Positions 1-11,789 of a stretch of DNA of 64,000 bases are shown in pieces. Position 1 is the stretch's first letter, and every line of letters begins with the position of its first letter. Below the pieces are notes generated by a model. The model ran no database searches. It saw only the letters and a list, made by a program, of their open reading frames with translations, and was not told the origin of the DNA. Position numbers and translations under genes: made by a program. This stretch comes from Okamejei kenojei (Eukaryota): positions 18,786,001-18,850,000 of the forward strand of contig CM069165.1 in assembly GCA_035221665.1 (NCBI GenBank). The letters run 5' to 3'.

Positions 1-101
1 GCGTCATGGCACCAAGTTACCAGCTTCTCAATCTCCTTTCTGTACTCCGTCTCGCCGTTATTCGATATCCGGACCAATATGGTGGTGTACTGGCAAACTT
101 G
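1..101 (-). mobile_element. Rex1/Babar-type LINE reverse-transcriptase fragment (continues off the window edge)
   Basis: Minus strand reads KFA..TT.LVRISNNGETEYRKEIEKLVTWCHD (with a frameshift), homologous to the KFADDTTVVGLISDNDESAYREEVQHLTTWC of the copy at 35.4 kb. Confidence 0.7.
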
Positions 102-171
102 ATGTTAATCAATTGAGAAAATCAAACTTGATGTTAATTAAGGTCAATAACATTTCATCAGAACATTTATT

Positions 172-1005
172 AGGGGGCGCCATCCTGTACGGGTATGGCT
201 GCCCAGCCTGCAGCTGTACGTTTTTCACTTCTTTTTTTTATTTTTAGTTAGTTGAGTTTTTGTTTTTCGGAGCTCTAGTCTTTTTTATGTGGGGGGGCGG
301 AGGGGAGGGGGAAGGGGGAAACTACTTTTTCAGGGTCCCTACCTGATCGGAGAGGCAGCTTTTCTCCGGGCTGCATCTTCGACCCGTCCTCGCGGCCTAC
401 CAGCCTGGCCTGGAGCGGCGTTTCCCGAGGGGACCGCCCAGAACTTCGGCTTCGGCGGCGGTGCAGCGCTATCGTGGAGCGGAGCGGGCGATGCCTTGCC
501 TGGGTCGCCGCGCTGGGGCTCCGGTGAGCTGAAGACTGCCGACAAAAACATCGCGGAGCCGCGGGACTGTGGAGCGGCCAGCTGCGGGCGGCGGCGCTGA
601 ACTTTCTATCGGGAGCCTCCATCCCAGTGGTGGAGCTCCATCCGGCGTGGCCTTGTTGGCTTCGGAAGCCGCGGACCCCAGTAAGAGGCGGCTGTTCCAG
701 GTGTCCCAAGCCGCTGAGAGGGTGCTCCCGATGCCGGAGCACCATCACCCGGCGAGAACTGCCTGGAACATCGGGCCCCGTAGCAGCGACTGCGGAGGCC
801 TCAATAGGCCCGACTGTGGGTGAACTGGGGATGGGACTGGACTTTGCTGCCTTTCCCCACAGTGGGGGGATGTTTTTATGTCTACTGTTAATTCTATGAT
901 GTTGTGTATTATCTTTATTTGTGTGCTGCATGGCAAATCAAATTTCACTACACCAACTGGTGTACGTGACAATAAATGTCATTTGTCCCTTTGTCCTTTG
1001 TCCTT
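172..1005 (+). mobile_element. GC-rich non-coding, non-autonomous retroelement with Rex1-type 3' tail, apparently full length
   Basis: Starts GGGGGCGCC, then T-rich and G-rich blocks and a CpG-rich body. Ends with a TACACC/GGTGTA stem-loop, GTGACAATAAA and a (TTTGTCC)n tail. Related copies at 27085-27432 and 53925-54632. Confidence 0.7.
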
Positions 1006-1989
1006 TATTCTTTCCACGGATGCTGACTGACCTGCTGAGTATTTCCATTTTTATTACCGAATACACACGTCTTGGTTGGAGGGAACAGACATTATCTGGG
1101 GCTAGACACCAGATACCTAGAGACATCAAAGATTTGAGAAAGATAGAGAAGGATAGACCTAGGTATCAACGGACAACCTGTCTTCCAATAATATGTTGCT
1201 GAGGGACATAATATAAATGAGAAACAAGAGGTGACCAAGAATGGGTTATTGTGAAGATTTTAAACGAGAGATTGAGACAAACATAGTGATAGAATTTCCA
1301 ACCCAGATAAGATTGTCTCCAGTGTTTTATAATGTAGAGGCACGACAGAGAAGTTCTTGCTAGGACCCATGCATTCTGAAAGTCTGGCCTTTTCTTGCAT
1401 TCCATAGTGAGAAAAAGGTTGTCCATACATTACATGAATGCTGGTTTACAGAATCAATGCAATCAGATTGACATGTGGCTGCAGACCTTCAGCGGAGCTG
1501 AATTGTTTGCACTAACATATGTAGTCAGGTGCCATCCCACTCTACAGGAGTTAGGGAATGGTAACTCTGTACGATGATTTAGCTCTTGCCTCAGCTGGGG
1601 ACATTGTCACTACCAATACCTCACTCACCACCCTGGGCAGCACCTGTTAACTTAGCACAGGGCAGCAAGCAAATATGTCAACTTCCTGGCTTCAATACTC
1701 AGTACCATTGTACATGAGTCAGCAGGGGAGCAGCAAGACTTTGTTTTGTTACTTGAATAAAAAGCAACACACATCTTGGAAATTCTGACCGCAGTTTACG
1801 GCTTTGAGATTGTATCACAAAAACAGTTCCTCGCCATTCTTCACACGTTCACTCCATTTTTGTTTGTTTGTTTCCACCTTAACATCCAAAGTTTGAAGAC
1901 TGCTTACATACATGGTTTTATCTGGTGTCTCTGCTATCCGAGACCCTTGGTTCAATACTATATATATCTCAATGATGCACATGCGAGAA

Positions 1990-2153
1990 AAACATTTGGA
2001 ATCAAATTCGCTGCACTTTGCATCAGCACTTGGTGCTGTGCAGACACAACTCCAGTCTATCCTTTCTGCACAATCTCTACGGTTTATCCCATGAAGACCT
2101 TGATTTAGCAAGCTTGGAGGCGAGCCTGCAATATCCCAGCAGATTTTTAAAAG
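1990..2153 (+). other. MYOZ1: Putative non-coding exon 1 of MYOZ1 (start uncertain)
   Basis: Perfect donor AAG|GTAAGT at 2153/2154; TATA-like CTATATATAT at about 1958-1967; vertebrate MYOZ1 has a non-coding first exon. Confidence 0.5.
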
Positions 2154-2598
2154 GTAAGTCACCACAAACATCTTATAATAAGATGTCGGATAGTCTTGGC
2201 AGTGGTTGTATCTCCCTGGATTTGTAAGGAGTAATGGATCTTTGGTTCAGAGTTTTATGTGGTTGGCCTAATACAAGGGTAACTGTTCTCTTTCAAAATC
2301 TTTGTCATATAAATGTTTGTCTGAAAATATGAATAAGACTGAACATTTTATTAACTTTCTTGCATGCATTCCCTGTTGTGTTTTCAGTATGTGCTCAATA
2401 TATCAAGATCAAAACATTTGTGGTTCTTAAGTCACTAGTTTTGGAGTACTTCATGAGAATCAGACAAAATGTGAATGCTTTTGGCAGTAGTTAGTGCGCA
2501 CCGTTGCAAATGTTACCCTGGGTGTAAATGTCATTGCCAATGCGTGTGTTTTCTTTTCTTCACCCTTCAGTGGCAAGAAAGGATAGACTCCATCGACC

Positions 2599-2674
2599 AT
2601 GCCGTTAGCTGGGACACCCGCGCCCTCCAAGAGGAAAAAGTCGTCGAGAACCATTATAAAAACGTTTAAGGATG
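2599..2674 (+). CDS. MYOZ1: Myozenin-1 coding exon 1 (exon starts 2571): MPLAGTPAPSKRKKSSRTIIKTFKD
   Basis: Polypyrimidine acceptor CAG ending 2570; ACCATG start; matches MYOZ1 N-terminus MPLSGTPAPxKKRKSS; donor G|GTAGGT, phase 1. Confidence 0.93.
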
Positions 2675-3029
2675 GTAGGTCCAGGACATGAGAATCGCTC
2701 CACACACATCGAGGATCACAGCCCTCCCTATAAAGATACCAAGCTCTTCCAAAAAAAGCTGAAGCGGTTACTCGGATTACAGGGTCATTTATCTTGGTGC
2801 TTGTATGTATCCGCAGCTGATTTGCAATGCGGTAAAACTGTGAAATGGCGTTTCTGCCTAATGCCGGCATTTCTATCATTAGTTGTGGTTGATATTAAAT
2901 AGCTGGCCTTTTTTGTTTGTTTGTGAGAAGTTTTGCAGGCTGAGTCTTATTAATAAACACCTAATTTCCCCCTAGATTTTAAAAAATCAGTCACTGATTG
3001 ATTTGACACCCCGACAATGAAACATAGAA

Positions 3030-3122
3030 TATTTTTGGAGGTGCTGGAGAAACTCAGCGGGGGCAGCAGCATCTAGGGAGCGAAGGAAATAGGCAACGTT
3101 TCGGGCCGAATCCTTCTTCAGA
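3030..3122 (-). mobile_element. Penelope-derived short element, hammerhead-bearing subfamily (GTT cleavage triplet)
   Basis: Minus strand TCTGAAGAAGGATTCGGCCCGAAACGTTGCCTATTTCCTTCGCTCC..GATGCTGC..GCTGAGTTTCTCCAGCA; closely related to 21758-21853. Confidence 0.75.
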
Positions 3123-3441
3123 TATCCTTTTAATCTGGATATCCTTTTAATCTGAGCCTTCTGCAAACTTTGATTAAAAAAAAAAACAGTGCAGAGCCAG
3201 AGATCTCCCCTCTCCTCTCTGGAGTACATGTCAGTCCTTTGAGCTGGCGAATGCAAACAGCTGAAGATATGTGTGATTTACGTAGTGCAATGTCTGTAAT
3301 ATTTGCCGCGCTGGCCTGTAATTCCAGCCTCCAAGTCGAGAGGAATTGGCGAGCGCGCAGTTCAATAAATACCCAGCGCCAAAGGTGGGTCTCACTGCCG
3401 CCGATAATTATTTCACTATTTTAAACAATTTTCTGTAACAG

Positions 3442-3611
3442 CCGGGGCCGAGATTAACCTCGGGAAGAAGATCAGCATCCCTCGGGATGTGATGTTGGAG
3501 GAACTGTCCCTGATGAAGAATAAAGGGTCGCAGATGTTTAAAGAGCGGCAGCGCAGGGTCGAGAGGTTCATCTATGAGTCACATCCCGACGTCTTTCACC
3601 CAGATTCGATG
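3442..3611 (+). CDS. MYOZ1: Myozenin-1 coding exon 2: AGAEINLGKKISIPRDVMLEELSLMKNKGSQMFKERQRRVERFIYESHPDVFHPDSM
   Basis: Calsarcin motif LGKKISxPRDVMLEELSL..GS.MFK.RQ.RVE.F; AG at 3440-3441, donor GTAGGC at 3612; frame continuous with the previous exon. Confidence 0.96.
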
Positions 3612-5769
3612 GTAGGCATTTCTTCCTTCAGGATGTTACCAGTTAAAACCCAACCTCTAATGCTGCCTCAGAACAAATCTTGGAAACAACACGTTCCCAC
3701 ATATCCTTCCCACTCATGCTACCTCTCCATTTCGCCTTGTGTATTTTCTAATGGCTGATAGTGAACCTCTACCATTTAAGATAAAGGGAATCCCAATACA
3801 AGATGTGGTCATTTATATGCTGGTGTGGAGTAGCCGCAGGATGTTATCACATCTCCAGCCTTGTCCCAATGATGTATACGCCTTCATCTTTAGGATCACA
3901 ATCCAGGAGAATGATCTTAATCTGAAATGTCGACCGTCCATTTCCCTCCACAGATGGTGATGGATCCAATGACTTCCACCTGCGAATTGCTTGTTGCTCC
4001 TGAGTCAAGCATCTACACCCTCTTGTGTGTCAGCATCCTCAGGTACTAGGTATGCTAACCTGAACATTGATGTTCAAGTGGCTTCACCTAACAACATCAT
4101 GCACTGTTGGGTCTAATCCACAGCAGCATCCCTGAGAGAGAAATTATCTCTCACTTTCCTCCTCTGTTGTTAAGGTCCTTCTCAATTGATTGTCCCCTGG
4201 CCTTTCTAACCACACCTCTGACAAGAAGGATGAGGTCCCACTTATACCACGATGGACACCCACTTTCAGTCTACCCTTTCCATTTCCCAACCACACAAAG
4301 CAGGATGTAAGGATTCCACTCAATCCTGTGATCACACCGCATTCATTGATAGTTCCATTTCCCCCATGAACCAAGCTCCTATCATTCATAAAGCCAATCT
4401 TCTGCACCCTTACTCCATTCTCACTAAACATCTATATCAACTTCTCTTCCAGATACCTATGTGTGTTATTGTAAGTCCCACCTCCCCGTCATAACCAACA
4501 TGATCACCTTTAAACTGCAAAAATTGGCATTTCTCCCAATTAACTGTTTAACAATACTGCCCAATCATTGGTTCACATCTTTGCATACTATTTTTGGGTA
4601 ATACATTTTAATTATATGTCCTCCAAAAAGGTGTATTTACATGCATTTTGTGGTGAAAAATCAAGGAAATATTTTCCCCATAATATAAAGAAATGATTAC
4701 ATTTGTCAATTAGATTGACATTTCTGTAGTCAGGTTGATAGTCAATCGTCTCGTCTTGAGATGAAGAAGACAAGGAATAAAATGAAAATAACATCAAAAT
4801 AAGAAATCCCCTCATCCAGAGAATGGATTTTGTCCTATAGGGATATTTAACTTGTTAATAGTTTTAAAATGAGGTTTGAACAGATTAATAAAATATTTAA
4901 AAATAAAGTGCACTTTAGCTAGTGTGGTCCAACCCAAATATTACAGATAAGAAACTATTTTTGATGAACATGGTTAAAAAAAAAGAAACCTGAAACTACA
5001 GTAACAAGAGGAATGGGAAGAATAGGATAGCCATTGGAAATAGCGACCAATTAGTGAACCTATCATTATAATGTGTACACAAAGCAATTATAACACTATC
5101 TTCAGTGAGAGAGACATCTTCCAAGGCATACTGAATTAATTCATATTGAATTGACTCCTTAGCCTTTGTAGCACCTGACATCCTTTGCATGGTATACTTC
5201 ACTCCTGATTTTAAGCCATGTTGAATGTTTTGCAAGCATACTTTACACAATGCCAACTTTTATCACAATTTCAAACATGCCAGATCTGCTCACCATTTGA
5301 TTTAATCCATCTGACTGACATTCGGCCTCATTTTCACCCATATCCAACGTATTATTTTCACTTTCTTTTCTCTTGAAGTTGATGCATAAATTAACTTTAT
5401 CACCATATTGGGTTTGATCTAAATTAACATTTACAGAATTTTAATCCAAGAAGAGGATTAGGCTGAGGGGATACCTGATAGATGTATATTAAATTATGAG
5501 TGGCATACATCATCATGCAGATTGAATTAATAAAGTTGGAAAAAAGAGCCACGAGAATGAATTCATGGGGTGCATTTGGGATCATTTTTTAGAAGATTAT
5601 ATTATAGAGACAGCAAACATGGATCTGATAATAAGTAATATAGCAGGTTTTTAATTAATAGCCACAATATGATAATATTTTGTAATTAATTTGAGAGGGA
5701 GAAATTTAGGTCAGAAACAGTTGTGTTTAACTTAAAGAACGGAATTACAATGAATTTGGATTTAATTGG

Positions 5770-6800
5770 CTATCGTTGACTGGACTGATAAATTAATGGG
5801 GAAGATAATTGATGATAAAAGAAAATGGATAAGAAGGTAATTCATAACACTCAGCAGATTAATCATAGTAAGGAGAAACATTTCCATGGAAAGGATGAAC
5901 CAAGCAGATTAAAAGAAAAATAAATTGTACAAAGGTATTTAAAGAGAAAACATATGGAGGCAAACATCAGCAGTGGACCTGAAGACTGGGATACATTCGG
6001 TATCAGGCAAAGGAGGCCAATCATAATAATAAATAGAGGAAATAAACTGAGAGCAAATATATGGGAGTGTAAACCTGGACAATAAGATGTTCTTAAAGGA
6101 AGAATGATGTCCCTGATCATTGGCCCCTTAAAGAATGAGCTTGTGAAATAGTTTTGAGGTAGAAAGAAGTGGCAGAGGAATTAAACGGAGACTTTGCACC
6201 CATTTTTATAGTGGAAGATACTACAAACATCCTATTAATACTGAATGATGAAGGGAGAAATTAAATACCGTCACCATCAGAAGAGATTTAGAATGAAGCC
6301 AACTAATGGGGTGAATGGCTGATTATTTCCTGGTCCGATGGCTTGCATAATAGAATCCTAAAATAAATAGCTACTGAGGTAATGGATGCACTACTTACAG
6401 TATATCTTTCACAAATCCCTTGGTTCTGGAAAAGTGTCGCTGGACTAGACAATTGCCAATTTGACACCCTTGCCCTTAAGATTCTTTGGGGGGTCGGCAG
6501 GAAAACATTGAGAGGATGTTTCCTCTCGTGGGGAATATGTAAAGCAATAGTCAATCTGAGAAAGATGGGAGGGCTGCTGTAAGCTTGATGTCTCTCACAT
6601 GTACATGAATCTTTAGAACTTCTTATCACAGAGAACTGTGGGCAAATGTCTAATCAGTAAAGGAATGCAGAGTGATGGAAAGTGGTATCCAGGAATATTA
6701 TCCAGGTATCAGCTTTGATCCAACATTTCTCGATAATGAATGGCGGTCCAAGCTTGATGGGCTAAATGACCTACTCCTGTTCCTACTTCGGATGGTCGTC
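5770..6800 (+). mobile_element. Old, degraded CR1-type LINE remnants
   Basis: Decayed CR1 ORF2-like segments (CCTGGTCCGATGGCTTGCAT..GAATCCTAAAA; W..AN.TP-like) and a 3' tail GATGGGCTAAATGACCTACTCCTGTTCCTA. Confidence 0.55.
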
Positions 6801-7754
6801 TGGTCTTACAGTAGGTTAGAGGTCTGAACAAGAGATTAAAAACTGATTATAAATTGACCGCTTGGACCCTACTTGAGATGCTTTCCAGAACTATTCCATC
6901 TTTTTTCATTTTTTTCCCCTAAGTTCAATAGTCTTGAAGTCAGACAATGAGTGAATGCTAAATGCATTGACCTGAAGTTCCATTGCCATTCAAAAGTGCG
7001 TCAATATCTGTCGAGGAGACAGGATATGCAGACTGATGCTTTTAGCACTCAATGATACTGATCTTCTATAGAGCAAATTAAAGTTGAAATTTAGTCTTTG
7101 GGAAAGAATGATCAGAACATGAAAGTTAACTAAAAAGACATATACAAACATAACAGAGAAAAGTGAATTAAATTTAAACAAGAGTAAACGAGAATCAATG
7201 GAACTATGATTGCTCTATAATTAGTAGATACGAGACTAATCTATAGGCTGGATCAATGCTATCCAATCGACCACGCTATCCAGTTAAGTACAGAATAATT
7301 TATGGTCATTGGTACAACTACAAATATCCGTGTTGCTATATACTTGTAGTCTACAGCAAAGGTCAGATAATTTTATGCCTCACTTTGCAGATACTGTTGA
7401 AATCACACTGCATCCGGCTTTAGCCATCTATCAGGATTAGTGATGCAGAACAAATTGTGTTTAATAATAATAAAGACTGTTACTATAAGTAACATGTTGG
7501 CGGATTAGATATATACCTCATCTGTCAACAAGGTCATTCATCACAATCATTGTTCTTATGATGCCGACAAGCAATTGAGAGTATCGCGTGGAACAGGTGA
7601 ATAGACTAGAAGTGCCTTGGTTCATCTTTAATGATAAAATAGAATAATGCACAGATTTACAGGTTTTCAATGCTGGTATAATGTAGATCTGGATATGGGT
7701 AAAGAATTCTCAGTTTCCAAATTGGCAATTAGTTCATAGTTAGTGGACTAACTG

Positions 7755-7959
7755 TGACACAGCTGTACAGCGCCGGAGACCTGGATTCAACCCTGACTAA
7801 GAATGAACTATAAGTTCACCCTGTGATGAGGTGGGTTTTCTCCAGATGTTCTGGTTTCCTCCCACATTCCAAAAACGTGCAGGTTTATAAGATAATTGCT
7901 GGACTCAGTGGGCTGAAGGGTCTGTTTCCATGCTGTATCTCTAAACAAAACTAAACTAA
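7755..7959 (+). mobile_element. HE1-type tRNA-derived SINE (internally deleted)
   Basis: B-box-like GGATTCAACC, central GGTTTCCTCCCACATTCCAAAAACGTGCAGG, tail GAAGGGTCTGTTTCCATGCTGTATCTC(TAAAC)n. Confidence 0.8.
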
Positions 7960-8504
7960 TTTCAGTATTGGATGACGCCTGGAGGAGGGATATATAAATA
8001 TTGATCCATGAGCATCTTATCAGGACATGTGAGGTTGGGAAGGGAGACTGGAATGACTTAGGATGGGTTATTGTAATGAAAGAACACAATTTATTTGATA
8101 ATGGAAAATATTTTGTCCAGTGTATTATGTAACCTATTTCCAGTTCATTACTCAAATGTTGAAATCCAAAGGAGAAAATATATCAATTACTAAAACAATG
8201 GTTTGAGGAGAGTGATGGGATGATGGCATTGGGTGAATTGCAACTCAATAGAAGACCATTTCCAAATGTAGTAACATGAGGATGGCAAAGACCTAAATGA
8301 AAGAAAGGACATGGCTCATGGCGATCTAAAAGGGAAATGTGTCAGGGAGAGATATTCAGGTTGGTCTGTGGTAGACTTTGATAAAACAATTGGGGAAATA
8401 TTTTGAGAGGACATTTTCATCTCACACTATAGTTCTTCCATTGACAGCATTTCTGTAGATAGTGAACTATTCCGAGGTTCCTGGACCCAGTTCCTCTTTT
8501 GGTT

Positions 8505-8955
8505 TAATGTGGACGCAGCCCAGACCATCACGCAAACCAAACCTCCTTTCCATTGACTCCATTTGCACTTCACGTTATCTCTGGAAGGCCACCAGCATAA
8601 TTAAGAACCAGTCTCACCCCGGACACTCCCTCTTCTCCTCTCACTCATCAGGTAAAGAAGTGTGAAAAAGTGTATCTCCAGATTCAGGGACAGTTTCTTC
8701 CCAGCTGATATCAGGCAATTGAACCATCCTATCACTAACTAGAGAATGATCCTGACCAACCATTTACCTCATTGAGGACCCTCAGATCAACTTGAATTGA
8801 ATGTTACCTTGCACTAAACATTATTCCCTTTGTCCTAGATCTGTACACGCTTGATTCTAATCATGTATAGTCTTTCCACTGACTGGATAGCACACAACAA
8901 AAAAAGTCACTGTTCCTTGGACACGTGATAATAAACCAAACTAAACTAAACTAAT
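8505..8955 (+). mobile_element. Rex1/Babar-type LINE 3' fragment
   Basis: KATSIIKNQSHPGHSLFS (Rex1 C-terminal motif), 3' UTR ending CACGTGATAATAAA and (CTAAA)n. Confidence 0.75.
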
Positions 8956-9200
8956 GGACATGACAACTCTCTGTTCCCTGACCTTTTTCTGCATTTACCC
9001 AATTTATCCCTGAACATCCTACAACACTTCCATTGCTGAAAATACAATAAAGCCTTATTTAAATTAGGAGTTGATACATGAGATCTATAGTTCAAGTTGA
9101 ATTGAAACTAAACAGAAACTAATTCTCCTTATCCTTGGACACTGTTTATTGTGAGTTTAAAAGTTTCTTGGTTTTTTTCTTTGCTATTTTAATTTTCCAG

Positions 9201-9465
9201 GAAAACTTTCAGAAATACCTTCCTGGATCTGGTGTTATGCTGACGACTGGGCCAGGTGGTATTCAGATAATGGACTCCAAATTCCAAAGTGGGTACAGCC
9301 AGTATGGTACACATGCAAAGGGCACAGTACCAACACCATACCCCAAACCTCAGCATCTTGCTGCTGTCTCCGGGATCATTGGAAAACATGGAAGTGGCCA
9401 AGGAGAAGGAGGAAGCGGTGCAGCTGGAGGTGCAGCTGGAGGTGAAGCGGGAAGTGGGGTACATG
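9201..9465 (+). CDS. MYOZ1: Myozenin-1 coding exon 3 (Gly-rich): ENFQKYLPGSG...GEAGSGVH
   Basis: Acceptor TTTTCCAG ending 9200, donor G|GTAAGC; FQK.LP motif and the Gly-rich linker typical of MYOZ1; phases 0/1 consistent. Confidence 0.92.
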
Positions 9466-10554
9466 GTAAGCATGTGAACGAGATTCACCCCAACAAAACC
9501 AAATAGCTTTGCAGAAAGTGTCGAAGACCTGAGGAAATCACACTTGAGCCTTGTCAGTAAACATGCGAGGTTCTCTGAAGCTGTTCACCTGTCAGAGTCT
9601 AATTCACCTCATGATACATGTTTGAATTAGAGGAAGGTATTAATGGGGATAAAAGATGGAAAACCCAAGGGGCAATTTTGTTGTGACTTGGAGTGAGAGG
9701 TCAATCGATCTCCGAAGAGTCACCATTCTAGTGACCCCACAGTCTACAGAAGGCTTGGAAATGAGAATGAGACATCCATGTGGCTTGAGTATTAGATGAC
9801 ATGTCTACATTTTACACAGTGAGCAGAGTTGCTCAGAAAATAAAGATGCTAACCAATTTGAAAGTAATTTAAAACTTGTATGAAGCTCAGGCACTGAGTT
9901 AGTTAAAATTGTATTTGTCTGGCCAAGAAACAGCAACAGTAATGTTAAACACAGACCAATGTATGTAAAGTTAGGAAGTAAAATGGATCTTACGGTCTCT
10001 CAAAACTTCAAAATATCCCAGCAACATTTTGCAGCCAATTAACTTATTTTGGAATTGTTTCTTAGTTATGAATGGATTGAACTGCTTCATATATTTTCAA
10101 GAATTGCATTATTTTTTGTGAGGATTTTCATAGAATTTGTTAGTTGTGAAGAACTTGGGAAAGGTGATGCAATTCTAATCTTTCAACCCATTGGTAACAA
10201 AAAGGAAACATATTTTTCTGGTCATCATTGGGAATGCTACTGGCAGTGACAATGGCATATTTAAGTTCCTGCTGAACTAACGAGAAGGCAATGTTGGGGT
10301 TCTCCTTGAATCGAGGTGCTGCAAGCCAATCGACAGATGGGACTTGAGCAAGCTACCTGAAAACGCTTTTCAACAACTCCAGATTTTGGTCATTGACCTC
10401 ACTCTCTGAAGAATAGGAAGAGAATTATCAATCTACAGCTTGCTTATGATTGTATTTAGCTGCAGGGCCCCCTCGGATAATTGGTCTCAAGTGTTCAGGG
10501 AGCCACACTGATGATTTGACTCATGAGTAGCCAATGAAATTTGACATAAAGTTC

Positions 10555-10715
10555 ATGTCATAGGAGCAGAATTAGATCATTCGGTCCATCGAGTCTACTC
10601 TGCCATTCTGTCATAGTTGGTCTATCTTTCCCTCTCAACCCCATTCTCCTGCCTCCTCCCCATAATCTTTGACACTCTTACTAATCAAGAATCTGTCAAT
10701 CGCCACTTTAAAAAT
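10555..10715 (-). mobile_element. CR1/HER1-type LINE 3' end
   Basis: AGGAGCAGAATTAG..CATTCGG.CCATCGAGTCTACTCTGCCATT, shared with copies at 17.7, 25.8 and 30.7 kb. Confidence 0.75.
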
Positions 10716-10978
10716 TCCATCATTCCTGGAATCATATAACCTACTCCAACATCTATTTCATGTTATGTCCTGAAATGCCCAGGAACTGTGTAAATCCAAT
10801 TTCACTGTGTATAGTCATATTAATGGGTACTGGTAATCTTTGGTCTCTGCTCTCCTGGTGATCAGGATTATGTGAATGTTAAAGTAGCATTATCCGGAAT
10901 GTTAAAATGGCATCATGTTTAAATGCATGATTGCTCAGCTGTTGCTCACTTTTTACTGTGCTGTTTGCTCCCTGACAG

Positions 10979-11162
10979 GTGGTGGTGATGATGGGAAGGG
11001 AGCTGGAGCAGGAGGTAAAAAGCACACATCGGTAATCAAAACGTACTTATCACCCTGGGAACAGGCCATGGGGAATGATGCGGATCTGAAGTCCACCATG
11101 AATCTTCACATGCAGTTACCAGGTTGCGCAACCAAACTTCATGCCTACAAGTGTTTCAACAG
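10979..11162 (+). CDS. MYOZ1: Myozenin-1 coding exon 4: GGGDDGKGAGAGGKKHTSVIKTYLSPWEQAMG...HAYKCFNR
   Basis: KTYxSPWExAMG and YKxFNR calsarcin motifs; CAG acceptor ending 10978, donor AG|GTGAGG. Confidence 0.95.
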
Positions 11163-11409
11163 GTGAGGTTCCTGTCATAAAGTGAACAGAAGGTGTGAGA
11201 ACTAGTTACCCAGTAATTAAATCACATTGATAGAGATGTTTAACCTCTTCTCCTTTGGTTGATTATCTGTCCAATGACAAGAAATGAAGACAAGAGAGTA
11301 GGATATGAGTAGAAAGGATGGGAGAGATGTGGGGGCAGATGTGGTATATGGGTAGGAAATCCACTCTGTCTGGAGTGAAAATCCTCCCAGCTCAATCCCA
11401 GTTCTCGCT

Positions 11410-11657
11410 TCTTCTATGTAATCCCACTTTCGCTTCCACTCCCTACATATTAGGGACAATTTTACAGAGGCCAATTAACCTACAAACCTACACATGTTTG
11501 GGATGTGGGAGGAAACCAGAGCGTGGGAAGGAAACCCACACAGCTACAGGGAAAACATGCTAACTCCACACAGACAGCACCCAAGGTCAGGATCGAACCC
11601 GGGTCTGTGGTGCTGTGAGGCAAAAGCGCTACCAGCTAGGTTACTGTACCACACTGT
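11410..11657 (-). mobile_element. HE1-type SINE
   Basis: B box GGTTCGATCC on the minus strand and conserved body GGTTTCCTCCCACATCCCAAAC. Confidence 0.8.
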
Positions 11658-11789
11658 GTGCATGAGGATAGCGATTTTGACGTACTTTTCACAGAATTGT
11701 GCAGATATTTTACAAAACCCTACAAGGCAGATTGATTATAATGACTACGTGGTCGAAAAAATGGTGGCTCTTGGATTACATTTTTTTCA

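Noticed and set aside
94-138. 16-bp direct repeat CAAACTTGATGTTAAT, and similar local duplications at 3121-3154 and 21729-21753
   Set aside because: Short duplications at TE junctions, most simply insertion or repair by-products
275-931. 218-aa ORF and overlapping ORFs in the GC-rich element
   Set aside because: Open in several frames because of high GC, no domain similarity, not conserved in the related copy at 54 kb
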